37,002 nucleotides of DNA from Kiritimatiellia bacterium (lineage in GTDB: Bacteria > Verrucomicrobiota > Kiritimatiellia > RFP12 > UBA3636), in assembly GCA_050942875.1 (NCBI GenBank), contig JBMNOD010000033.1, positions 1 through 37,002 on the forward strand, read 5' to 3'. Shown here piece by piece: positions 8,250-16,244 of the stretch; position 1 is the first letter of the stretch; each line of letters opens with the position of its first letter. Under the pieces are notes generated by a model. It had not been told where the DNA came from, made no database searches, and saw only the letters and a program-made list of their open reading frames with translations. Position numbers and translations under genes: made by a program.

Positions 8250-8271
8250 GTCACATATTCGAATATGTGAC
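8250..8271. promoter_or_regulatory. 22-bp perfect palindrome GTCACATATTCGAATATGTGAC; candidate operator
   Basis: Exact inverted repeat with no spacer, AT-rich core, in the 1-kb divergent intergenic region. More typical of a dimeric transcription-factor site than of a terminator. Confidence 0.45.
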
Positions 8272-8279
8272 GAGAAGGC

Positions 8280-8314
8280 AAGGGCAATTGAGGGCAATTG
8301 GGGGGCAATTGGGG
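8280..8314. repeat. Tandem repeat (GGGCAATTG) x3
   Basis: gggcaattgagggcaattggggggcaattgggg; the CAATTG palindromic cores sit ~10 bp apart. GCAATTGAGG recurs at 8708-8717, upstream of the GH28-like gene. Confidence 0.5.
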
Positions 8315-8446
8315 ACAGACCCCATTTACCCGCGCCCCGGCGCGGGGCGCCTCGGTCCACACCCTGCCACCGCCAGCGAACACCCCGCCGGGACGGCGGG
8401 CTCCAGCGTTCCGGCCTTCCGTTCGCCCGTCGCGGGCTGGGTCGGC

Positions 8447-8545
8447 CGTTCCCGTTCCCGTACTCGTTCGCGTTCCCGATTCCCCGCGTTTGCTTTTTCC
8501 GTGTACGCGAACCGCTTCGCTGTGCACGGGTACGTGAACGGCGAA
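8447..8545. repeat. Copy C of the GTGTACG-rich dispersed repeat family
   Basis: ccgttcccgttcccgtactcgttcgcgttcccgattccccgcgtttgctttttccgtgtacgcgaaccgcttcgctgtgcacgggtacgtgaacgg aligns with copies A and B. Confidence 0.5.
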
Positions 8546-8622
8546 GGGCGGGCGGCGTGCGATCAGGAGGATCGGACGGATCAGTCCAATCCGCCGGATT
8601 GCCAACCCATCGCCGCCACCGC

Positions 8623-8647
8623 CCAGTTTCAAATTTCAAATTTCCCC
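8623..8647. repeat. CCAGTTTCAAnTTTCAAnTTTCC motif, copy 1 of 3
   Basis: ccagtttcaaatttcaaatttcccc. Related copies at 10087-10116 (same orientation) and 29169-29199 (inverted). Confidence 0.45.
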
Positions 8648-8677
8648 TTCTTTGACCCGTCGCGCGGGTCAAAGAAG
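8647..8677. promoter_or_regulatory. 13-bp perfect inverted repeat CTTCTTTGACCCG-N5-CGGGTCAAAGAAG; operator-like site or hairpin
   Basis: Exact 13-bp arms with a 5-nt spacer (tcgcg), ~150 nt upstream of the GH28-like gene. No U-tract follows on either strand. Confidence 0.4.
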
Positions 8678-8825
8678 GTCGTGCGCAAAATCGAAGATAA
8701 TTTTTCGCAATTGAGGATATCCATTTGGCCGGAAATAGTGAACAATGGGGGGCGTGAAAATTGCATGTGCTGTCGCGCGTGCTTTGAAGAAACCATCAAC
8801 AGTCAGGAGTCCAACCGTGAAAACA

Positions 8826-10073
8826 ATGCGTCTTCTCCGTTTTCTTCCTTCTTTCTTTGCTTCTCTCGTCTTGCCTTTTCATGCAGGCGCGGAGGTGTTT
8901 CAGATCTTTGGCGACGCGAACAGCGCCGTGTCGTTCACGTCTGAGGGGCGGTCCGTCCTCACGTTCACGCAGTCCGGGTCGATTGCCGTGACGGGCTCCG
9001 GCACGGTTGACGTGCTCCTCGCGGGCGGCGGTCGCGTCCGAGTCGCCCCCGGCGTCTATCCGAGCGGCTCGATCCGGCTTCGGAGCCGTGTCGATCTGCA
9101 TCTTGAAAAGGGCGCGGAGCTGCGGGGCGACGCCTCGCCGGATGCGTATTTCGACATCCCGGACGCTGTTTGCGCCGTCAAGCCGGAAGGCTCCGCGAAG
9201 GCTTTTCTCTACGCCTGGGACGAAGAGGACGTCGCCATCACCGGCGAAGGCGTCGTCAACGGCCAGGGGCCGGCGTTCTTTGATCAGACGTTGAACCCCA
9301 AGACGGGCTTCTGGCCCAAGCCCCCGCCCCCGCGCCCGCGCATCGTCCAGTTGGTGCGCTGCAAGCGCGTCAAGCTCGCCGGCGCGACGTTCCGGGATTC
9401 GCCCGGCTGGACGATGCTCATCCGTCTGTGCGACGATCTCGACGCGGACGGCATCCACGTGCTCTCGGATCGGCGGATGATCAATTCGGACGGCATCGAC
9501 ATCGACGGATGCCGTCGCGTCCGCATTGCGAATGCCGACTTTGCGACGGGCGACGACTGCCTCATCCTCCGCGCGATGCGCGAGAGGAAGTCCGATTCCA
9601 TCGTCTGCGAAGACGTGCTTGTGACAAACTGCACGCTCGACAGCGCGTGCCAGACGATCCGCCGCGCCGTTTTCCGCGACATCCGCGCCAAGGGCCGGAA
9701 CGGGATTTTCTTCGACTATCCCGTGCGCTACCTCCGATCCGACGATGAAGGCCATGTTTCGGTTTCCGATCTCCTTTTCGAGAACTATTCCGGCGCGTTC
9801 ACCGAAAGCGCCTTGCAGATTGTCGTGGAGCCCGGCGTGAAAATCCGCGGCGTTTCGGACGTGACCTTCCGCGATTTCGACATTGCCAGCGCCGGATCGT
9901 TGCGATTCATCGGCAACGCCGGCTCCGTCCTTGCGAACATCCGCCTTGAAAACGTCCGCGCGACCGTCGCCCAAAAACCCGCCTGCCAGATCCAGGCCGT
10001 CGCGTCCGTCTTTTTTGAGAACTGCGTCATCAATGGTGGATCCGGACTCCTTGGTGTGCGGCAACGACGTTGA
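8826..10073 (+). CDS. Secreted parallel beta-helix protein, glycoside hydrolase family 28 (polygalacturonase)-like
   Basis: ATG 8826 (alternative GTG 8816 with AGGAG upstream); the ORF extends to 8745. Signal peptide MRLLRFLPSFFASLVLPFHAGAEV. GH28-type motifs NSDGIDID and GDDCLIL. The right-handed beta-helix pattern continues to the C-terminus. Confidence 0.55.
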   Translation: MRLLRFLPSFFASLVLPFHAGAEVFQIFGDANSAVSFTSEGRSVLTFTQSGSIAVTGSGTVDVLLAGGGRVRVAPGVYPSGSIRLRSRVDLHLEKGAELRGDASPDAYFDIPDAVCAVKPEGSAKAFLYAWDEEDVAITGEGVVNGQGPAFFDQTLNPKTGFWPKPPPPRPRIVQLVRCKRVKLAGATFRDSPGWTMLIRLCDDLDADGIHVLSDRRMINSDGIDIDGCRRVRIANADFATGDDCLILRAMRERKSDSIVCEDVLVTNCTLDSACQTIRRAVFRDIRAKGRNGIFFDYPVRYLRSDDEGHVSVSDLLFENYSGAFTESALQIVVEPGVKIRGVSDVTFRDFDIASAGSLRFIGNAGSVLANIRLENVRATVAQKPACQIQAVASVFFENCVINGGSGLLGVRQRR

Positions 10074-10086
10074 CCCGATTCTAACG

Positions 10087-10116
10087 CCAGTTTCAAGTTT
10101 CGGGTTTCAAGTTCCC
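10087..10116. repeat. CCAGTTTCAAnTTTC...TTTCAAGTTCC motif, copy 2 of 3
   Basis: ccagtttcaagtttcgggtttcaagttccc, ~50 nt upstream of the thioesterase start. Followed by the palindrome ccagcctggctgg. Confidence 0.45.
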
Positions 10117-10162
10117 AGCCTGGCTGGTAAACTGCAGGGATTATTTCGACTCAAGAGGCACC

Positions 10163-10954
10163 ATGAATCAATCAGCAGCTCAATCTCCCGTCGGCGACAT
10201 GACAGAAGCACGGCGCGACACGCACGACATCCAGACGTACCGGGTGCGGTCTTACGAATGCGGGCCGGACGGCAGGATTTTCTTTTGGCACATCTGCAAC
10301 TACCTGCAGGAGACGGCGTCCATCCATGCCGACAAGCTCGGCTTCTCGAAGAAGAACTTCGAGCCCCTGGGGCTGGCCTGGGTGATCACGCGCCTGCGCG
10401 TGCGGCTCGACGACTGCCCCGCCTGGGGCGAGGACGTCGTGGTGCTGACCTACCCGCGCAGCATGCGCAAGCTGACCGCCGGTCGCGATTTCGTCATGTC
10501 GAGGTCCGACGGCACGCCGCTCGGCGTCGCCACATCGGAATGGATGGTCATGAACATGGAGACCCGACGCGCCGGGCGCATTCCGGAGATCGTCGCCTCC
10601 TGCACGAACAACGTGCGTCCCCCCGTGTGGGACGGCGAGCCGTTCGAGCGCCTGGAGTTCCCCGAGACGGCGGATGTGGTCGAGCTGAAGTTCGCGGTCC
10701 AGCATTCGCACATCGACCTGAACCAGCATGTCAACAACACGCACTACCTCGAATGGATGATGGAATGCACGCCGGAGGCGGAATCGGGAAGCCGCGTGGC
10801 GGACATTGAAGTGATCTACCGCGGCGAAGCGCGCCACGGCGACGTCGTCGTGGCACGGTGCGCACCCTGCCGCGACGGCGAACGCATGCACCAGGTCGCC
10901 ACGGAAGACGGCCGCGTGCTCATCACCGCCCGGACGAAGTGGGTGGGAGCGTAG
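10163..10954 (+). CDS. Acyl-ACP thioesterase (FatA/FatB-like, double hotdog fold)
   Basis: 263 aa with AAGAGG 6 nt upstream of the ATG. Typical length and the conserved DLNQHVNNTHY motif of the Acyl-ACP_TE family, with N- and C-terminal hotdog halves. Confidence 0.75.
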   Translation: MNQSAAQSPVGDMTEARRDTHDIQTYRVRSYECGPDGRIFFWHICNYLQETASIHADKLGFSKKNFEPLGLAWVITRLRVRLDDCPAWGEDVVVLTYPRSMRKLTAGRDFVMSRSDGTPLGVATSEWMVMNMETRRAGRIPEIVASCTNNVRPPVWDGEPFERLEFPETADVVELKFAVQHSHIDLNQHVNNTHYLEWMMECTPEAESGSRVADIEVIYRGEARHGDVVVARCAPCRDGERMHQVATEDGRVLITARTKWVGA

Positions 10955-13091
10955 CGGCTGCAAAATAAACCGGTTCGCCGGTGAGGTGCGCCGGGGCGGG
11001 GATTTCGCGTCCGTGGAGGTCGAGGGTCTTCGCGACCTTGAAGGGCAGGGCGGGTGGCGCGGCCTCGGCGTCGGTGGCGTTCCACGCCACGACGATGTTG
11101 CCGCCTTCGCCTGAGACGAAGCGCATGGCCCAGACGCCGTTTTCGCCGCGGGCGAGCGCTTCCGTGTAGTGGGCGTGGCGCAGGATGTCGAAGAAGTTCC
11201 GCAGCGCCGTGTAGGCCGGGCGCCGGCGCCAGGCGTCGTCGGGGCGGGCGCCGGGGTCGACGAGGCCGAAGCCGTGCGCGGCGAGCGACCAGAAGACCAT
11301 GTTGTCGGCAAGCCCCGAGCAGAGGGCGATGAAGATGTAGCGCAGCGTGTAGGCGGCGGCCCGGGCTTCGTCGACGCTGGGGTCGTTGAAGCGCGGGCCC
11401 GGCGAGACGTAGGGGGAGCCGACGGGCGACCATTCGCGCGTGTCCTTCAGGGGCCAGTTGAATTCGCTGACGACCAGGTGGTCTTCGACCCCGTGCGCGG
11501 CGAGCGCCATGGCGCGGAAGACCTGGAGCTTGCCGAGGGCGTCGAAGCGGCCCTGGAAGGCTTCGGGGGGGCCGCGGCGGTCGACGTAGAGGTGCGCGGA
11601 AAGCGCGGAAAGGCGCAGGCCGCGCGGGATGCAGCGGAGCGCGGCGGCGAGGTAGTCCCACTCGAAATCGATCACGGAGGGGCCGATGAAGGAGACGTCG
11701 GGATGCTTCGCCTTGAGCGCGGGGGCGGTGGCGAGCAGCTTGCGAAGCTCGGCGAAGCTCCAGACGCCCCACTTGACGCGGTTGACGGCGTGCAGCAGCT
11801 CGACCCAGACCACGGCGTCGTGGACGCGGCCGACGACATGGTCGCAAAACGCCAGCCATTGGGCGGGGTCGCGAACCGTCGCGCGATCCTGGACGATGGA
11901 GACGGCGACGGCGAAGCCCGCCTGCTTGAGCTTGAGGACGACGTCGAGCTTGGCGTCGGTGACGTCGGCGGGCTCGTGGGCGTAGAGGCGCAGGTGGACG
12001 CCGATGCAGCCGAGTTCGCGGAGCTGCGCCAGCTCGCGGTCGCGGCGCCAGGCGTCCGCCGTGATGGAGACGAAGACGCGCTCGGCAAAGGAGACGACCG
12101 GACGCTCGAACGCAAGCTGGCGCAGCAGGCGGCGCTTGCGCAGATAGCGCGGGGCGAGCGCCAGCAGCGCGAGGAGCGGCGCGGTGACGCGCGTGTGCGA
12201 CTGGTGGCGGTGGCGGTCGCGGCTGCGCATTGTGGAGATGGCCTGCTCGGACTTGGCGTCCCAGATCCAGAGGTCGCGCGGCGCGGGGTAGTCGGGTTCG
12301 GACGAGGCGGTGCGCCTGCGGAAGGGATGGCGGAGGTTGCGCGTGGCGCAGTGCAGGGCGTACAGGCGCCGGTGGCGGCGCTCGGCGCGCAGGAAGTCCC
12401 GGGGCGGGATTTCGCCGCGCCAGTACATTTCGAGGAAGACGCGCAGGAAGTCCGACGGGAGGTTGATGCGGGAGAGGTCCCGGGCGCGGCTGCGGATGTC
12501 GAGGGGGCCGTCGACGAGGCGGCTGCGGTTGAGGTCGACGACGAGCACGGCGGGCGAGGCGTCGCCTTCGCGCGTGGCCAGCATGATGTTCTGGTTGCCG
12601 AGGTCGCGGTGCATGAACCCGGCGTCGTGCATGCGCGCGCAGGCTTCGGCCACGGTTTGGAGGAGCGCCATGATGTCCTCGCACGGGCCGTTGGCGTTGT
12701 AGAGCTCGATCAGGCGGGTGCGGAAGCTCGTCATCCCGGGTTCGTAGCGCGTGACGAACCAGCCGGGGCCGGGGCGGCCGCCGGAACGGGTTTCGAGCAC
12801 GGCGACGGGCTCGGGCGTGAGGCCGGGATTGGCGCGGTGGATGTGGCGGGCGGCGGCGAAGGAGCGGGTGGCCTTCTCGGGCATCTTGCGCAGGCGGTCG
12901 AGGAGGGCGCGCGCGAGGGAGGGGGCGGGGAAGCGCTTGACGACGACGTCGACGGGCTCGGCGCCGGGGAGCGCGAGCGTCGTGCGCACCGTGAGGTTGC
13001 GGCCCGATTGCAGCACGGTGGCGTCGGGCGAGGCGATGGCCTGCTCGAGTTGCTCGATCGTGAGGGCGGGGTGCGTTTCCGGGGGCGTCAT
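10923..13091 (-). CDS. Two-domain protein: N-terminal Kdo/WaaP-family lipopolysaccharide-kinase-like domain fused to a C-terminal TIM-barrel glycoside-hydrolase-like domain
   Basis: Start at ATG 13091 (MTPPETHP...), which forms an ATGA overlap with the tsaE stop; the ORF extends to 13202. N-terminus: RFPAPSLARALLDRLRKMPEKATRSF... and kinase catalytic loop MHDAGFMHRDLGNQNIML, as in KdkA/WaaP/InaA. C-terminal ~400 aa has alternating beta/alpha character and candidate catalytic acids (HLVVSEFNWP). Its 3' end overlaps the thioesterase 3' end by 32 nt (convergent). Confidence 0.55.
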   Translation of the reverse strand: MTPPETHPALTIEQLEQAIASPDATVLQSGRNLTVRTTLALPGAEPVDVVVKRFPAPSLARALLDRLRKMPEKATRSFAAARHIHRANPGLTPEPVAVLETRSGGRPGPGWFVTRYEPGMTSFRTRLIELYNANGPCEDIMALLQTVAEACARMHDAGFMHRDLGNQNIMLATREGDASPAVLVVDLNRSRLVDGPLDIRSRARDLSRINLPSDFLRVFLEMYWRGEIPPRDFLRAERRHRRLYALHCATRNLRHPFRRRTASSEPDYPAPRDLWIWDAKSEQAISTMRSRDRHRHQSHTRVTAPLLALLALAPRYLRKRRLLRQLAFERPVVSFAERVFVSITADAWRRDRELAQLRELGCIGVHLRLYAHEPADVTDAKLDVVLKLKQAGFAVAVSIVQDRATVRDPAQWLAFCDHVVGRVHDAVVWVELLHAVNRVKWGVWSFAELRKLLATAPALKAKHPDVSFIGPSVIDFEWDYLAAALRCIPRGLRLSALSAHLYVDRRGPPEAFQGRFDALGKLQVFRAMALAAHGVEDHLVVSEFNWPLKDTREWSPVGSPYVSPGPRFNDPSVDEARAAAYTLRYIFIALCSGLADNMVFWSLAAHGFGLVDPGARPDDAWRRRPAYTALRNFFDILRHAHYTEALARGENGVWAMRFVSGEGGNIVVAWNATDAEAAPPALPFKVAKTLDLHGREIPAPAHLTGEPVYFAAATLPPTSSGR

Positions 13092-13531
13092 GGGATGTGG
13101 GGCGCGTTCACGCGGATGTGGCGCTCGTCGGGCTTGGCGCCCATCGCGATGTCGATGAAGATGGTGTGCGGGGGGAGTTCGTCGCCGGCGCGCTCGGGCC
13201 ATTCGACGGCCATCGCGTCGCCGGAGTCGAGATGGTCGTCCCAGCCGATCGCGTCGAGGTCGTCCGGGCCGGAAAGGCGGTAGAGGTCGATGTGGACGAG
13301 GCGGTTGCCGCCGTTTTCGACGTACTCGTTGACGAGGGTGAACGTGGGGCTGGAGACGGTGGCGTGGATGCCGAGGGCGCGGGCGAGGCCTCGGACGAGG
13401 CAGGTCTTGCCGGCGCCGAGGTCGCCGCGGAGGGCGTAGAACGCCTTGGGGCCGAAACGCCGGACAAGCTCGTCGGCGAAGGCCTGGGTCTCGATTTCGC
13501 TTCGGGTGGTCTGGTCGAACGTCATCGCCAT
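13088..13531 (-). CDS. tsaE: tRNA threonylcarbamoyladenosine (t6A) biosynthesis protein TsaE (YjeE P-loop ATPase)
   Basis: 147 aa from ATG 13531; the 578-aa track ORF upstream is a high-GC artefact. P-loop GDLGAGKT and the YjeE motif RLVHIDLYRL. Overlaps thiL (10 nt) upstream and the kinase-fusion gene (ATGA) downstream. Confidence 0.85.
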   Translation of the reverse strand: MAMTFDQTTRSEIETQAFADELVRRFGPKAFYALRGDLGAGKTCLVRGLARALGIHATVSSPTFTLVNEYVENGGNRLVHIDLYRLSGPDDLDAIGWDDHLDSGDAMAVEWPERAGDELPPHTIFIDIAMGAKPDERHIRVNAPHIP

Positions 13532-14493
13532 TGGACGGGGGAAATGAAGTGATCGAAGCCGCCTTCGGGGAGCGGGGCGCCGTTGGCGAGGCGGACGTCC
13601 GCCTCGCCGGATCCGGCGACCTCGCCGATGCGGGTGCAGGGAAGTTCGGGGAACGCGGCCTGCCAGGCCGCGTCGAAGTCGCGTTCGCGGTCGGGCGGGA
13701 CGGAGAAGAGCAGCTCGAAGTCCTCGCCGTCGAAGAGGGCGTGGCGGAGGGGGTCGGCGGCGCCGGCGGCGGCGGGGGAGAAGGGCACGCGGCGCGGGTC
13801 GAGGACGAGCGCGGCGCGGCTTTCGCGCGCGAGGTGCCAGAGCTCCGAAGCCAGGCCGTCGCTGATGTCGATCATCGCGTTGGCCCGGTCGCGGAGCCAT
13901 TGGCCTTCGCGGACGCGCGGGGCGAACGAGAGGTGCGACCCGGAGACGAGGCTTCCGCCGAGGCGGCCGGTGACGCGGAGGACGTCGCCGGCCTTGGCGC
14001 CGGAGCGCAGGCGCGCCGAGCCGCGCGGGAGGGTGCCGCAGCCGAAGACGTGGAACTCGAAGGTTTCGCCGCGGCAGGTGTCGCCGCCGATGATGGCGCA
14101 ACCATGCTCGCGGGCGAGGGCGGACATCCCGGCGTAGGCTTCGTCGATGACGCGCACGGGCGTGTCGCCCGGCGCGACGAGGTTGACGAGGATCCATCGC
14201 GGCGCGGCGCCCATCGAGGCGATGTCGCTCAGCACCCGTCCGAGCGCCTTGTGCCCGATGAGGCGCGGCGGGGCGTCGGGCAGGAAGTGGTGCCCGCAGA
14301 TGACGGGGTCGGACTTCAGCACGAGGTCTTCCGCGGCGTCGGCCGACAGGCGCACCACGGCGCAGTCGTCGCCGATGCCGACCGCGACGTCCCCGCCGTC
14401 GGCGGTCTGCCGGCGGAGGCGGGCGATGAGACGGCGTTCGCCGAGTTCGGAAAGTGTTGCGTTTGTCGATTGCACGGTGGGTAAGGATACCAT
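13522..14493 (-). CDS. thiL: Thiamine-monophosphate kinase ThiL (AIR-synthase-related family)
   Basis: Start at ATG 14493 (MVSLPTVQ...). PurM-like N-domain with GDDCAVV and GGDTCRGE motifs, and PurM-like C-domain. Length ~323 aa. Confidence 0.7.
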   Translation of the reverse strand: MVSLPTVQSTNATLSELGERRLIARLRRQTADGGDVAVGIGDDCAVVRLSADAAEDLVLKSDPVICGHHFLPDAPPRLIGHKALGRVLSDIASMGAAPRWILVNLVAPGDTPVRVIDEAYAGMSALAREHGCAIIGGDTCRGETFEFHVFGCGTLPRGSARLRSGAKAGDVLRVTGRLGGSLVSGSHLSFAPRVREGQWLRDRANAMIDISDGLASELWHLARESRAALVLDPRRVPFSPAAAGAADPLRHALFDGEDFELLFSVPPDRERDFDAAWQAAFPELPCTRIGEVAGSGEADVRLANGAPLPEGGFDHFISPVQWR

Positions 14494-14534
14494 ATCGGGC
14501 AAGCCTGCGCCAGACTTTGAGAGTTTTGAGTTGG

Positions 14535-14561
14535 GAGTGCGTGAGTGCGTGAGTGCGTGCG
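14535..14561. repeat. Tandem repeat (GTGAGTGC) x3
   Basis: gagtgcgtgagtgcgtgagtgcgtgcg, immediately upstream of thiL. Followed by a GCAAG-rich segment (gcaagcgagggcaagcgtaacaagg...gcaagaaagagaacaagtgtgggagcaagtgcg). Confidence 0.45.
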
Positions 14562-14952
14562 TTGCCGCAGGGCATCCAAATCGGGATCGGCACTGTGAGC
14601 GCAAGCGAGGGCAAGCGTAACAAGGGCATGTGTGGAAGCAAGAAAGAGAACAAGTGTGGGAGCAAGTGCGCCGCCTTTCGGCACGTAGCCGCCAGCCGCC
14701 GCCACGAAGCGGCCCGGAAGCCCCGGTCGCCCTGTCGGGGAAAGCCGAAAGAGATCGTGAACGGCGATGTCAAGGGCTTTGGACTTTGGCTCCTTTGCCG
14801 AGCGGCAACGATGTTGGCGCACATCCCTTTAGACTTTACGGAGCCTTTCCTTTTTGCAAGGGCTTCGCAACGAGCAAAAGCCTGAGAAGGGTCAGCATTA
14901 TGCTGATATAAAAAACCGCAGAATTCCTATATAAAAACCTGCTAATTTTGAT

Positions 14953-14981
14953 TGTCAGGCAAGCGGTTTTTTGGTCTAATG
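14953..14981 (+). promoter_or_regulatory. Candidate sigma70-type promoter for the DUF4105-giant protein operon
   Basis: TTGTCA (14953-14958), 17-nt spacer, TCTAAT (14976-14981), in an AT-rich segment ~90 nt upstream of the ATG at 15069. Confidence 0.3.
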
Positions 14982-15068
14982 TCAAATGGCGGACAATGAA
15001 AGGCAGTTTTTGTCAAATTCAATGGTTTTCGGACACACAACATAGGATTCTGATCAGGCAAACGTCAC

Positions 15069-16244
15069 ATGAATACAATGCAAATCGCCACGTTTCTGGG
15101 GTGTATTCTGCTTGCGGGAAGCGCGGCGGCATCGGTTGCGCCGTCGATTCCCGGCTCGGATGATCCGAACTTCGTGAAGGCCTCGCTCTTGATCGTCGGG
15201 CCGGGCGACGCATCGTTGTATTCGCGTTTCGGCCACGCTTCCCTGCGCATGGAGTGCCCGAAACACCATCTCGACCGATGCTTCAGCTACGAGGGTGAAG
15301 ATGTTTCCGCCCGGCCCTTGATGTTTCTGCTCGGCAAGCTGAAGATGGGCATGGTGTCGATCCCGACGGCGATTTACCTTGAAGACCATCGCCGCGACGG
15401 CCGGAGCATCGTCCAGTACGAACTCAACCTGCCTGTCGCAGTCAAGCAGGAGCTTTGGCGCGTCCTGGACGATCACGTCGCCGCAGGCATGGCGGTATCC
15501 TATGACGGGGTGGCGCGCTCGTGTTCGCAAATGGTCTTGGAATGCCTGAAGGCTGCCATGGCGCCGACCGGCCTCCAGCACGGGGACTGGCCGCGGTTTT
15601 CGCGCATGACCATTCGGGAGCGGTGCCTTGAAGCGCTCGATCCCCATCCGTGGTCGCAGTTCATCCTGAACGGCGTCTATGGCTCGGTGATTGACGGGGA
15701 TGTTGCCAGCGAGCGCCGGATCATCCTTCCCGAGGATCTGCTGGAGGTGTCCAGGCGCGCGCGCTGTCTCGGGCGTCCCCTGCTCACGGGAGAGGGGGTC
15801 GAATTGACGCCGCAGACGCGCACGTTCGAGTCGTCGGTCGTGACGCCGATGGCCGTGGTTTCCGCGTTCCTGGCGCTGTCGGTCGTCAATGTCTTTACGG
15901 GTTGCCGGGTGGTCGCCTGGGGGATCCTCTCCGTGCAGTTCGTCCTGGGGTGCATGCTCCTCGGCCTCTTCATCTTCAACAGAGCCGTGATGGGATGGAA
16001 CTGGCTTCTGTTGCCGATCAATCCGCTGCCGTTGTTGACTTGGCGCTTCCGCAGGTTCTGGCTGGTGCCGGCCGCCGTTTTCCTGTGTCTCTGGTGCGGC
16101 GGCATGTCTGCAGCGCCGCATCGGCTCACGTATGCGCCGTGCTACGTGCTCGTCTTGTCGTTTGCAGTCTTGTTTGCAGGTGAAGCCTGTCGGCTGAAAA
16201 AAGTTTCCAAAGGGAAAGAAAGCAAGGTAAGTCATGAAAAGTAA
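15069..16244 (+). CDS. DUF4105-like protein: N-terminal exported domain plus C-terminal multi-TM region
   Basis: Signal peptide or TM at the N-terminus. Conserved-looking segment LLIVGPGDASLYSRFGHASLRM, which I recall as the DUF4105 signature (family assignment is tentative). Four to five hydrophobic helices at the C-terminus. Its 3' end overlaps the giant gene start by 11 nt. Confidence 0.55.
   Translation: MNTMQIATFLGCILLAGSAAASVAPSIPGSDDPNFVKASLLIVGPGDASLYSRFGHASLRMECPKHHLDRCFSYEGEDVSARPLMFLLGKLKMGMVSIPTAIYLEDHRRDGRSIVQYELNLPVAVKQELWRVLDDHVAAGMAVSYDGVARSCSQMVLECLKAAMAPTGLQHGDWPRFSRMTIRERCLEALDPHPWSQFILNGVYGSVIDGDVASERRIILPEDLLEVSRRARCLGRPLLTGEGVELTPQTRTFESSVVTPMAVVSAFLALSVVNVFTGCRVVAWGILSVQFVLGCMLLGLFIFNRAVMGWNWLLLPINPLPLLTWRFRRFWLVPAAVFLCLWCGGMSAAPHRLTYAPCYVLVLSFAVLFAGEACRLKKVSKGKESKVSHEK

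Noticed and set aside
11169-13283. 704-aa plus-strand ORF opposite the kinase-fusion gene and tsaE; also 10816-12684 (minus, 622 aa, Pro/Arg-rich)
   Set aside because: Gly/Ala/Val/Asp/Glu-rich or Pro/Arg-rich low-complexity translations. The chosen frame carries recognisable kinase and P-loop motifs and coupled gene junctions.
14494-14700. Possible TPP riboswitch upstream of thiL
   Set aside because: Checked the minus-strand sequence upstream of the thiL start for conserved TPP-riboswitch cores (CUGAGA...ACCUGAUCUGGAUAAUGCCAGC). None present.
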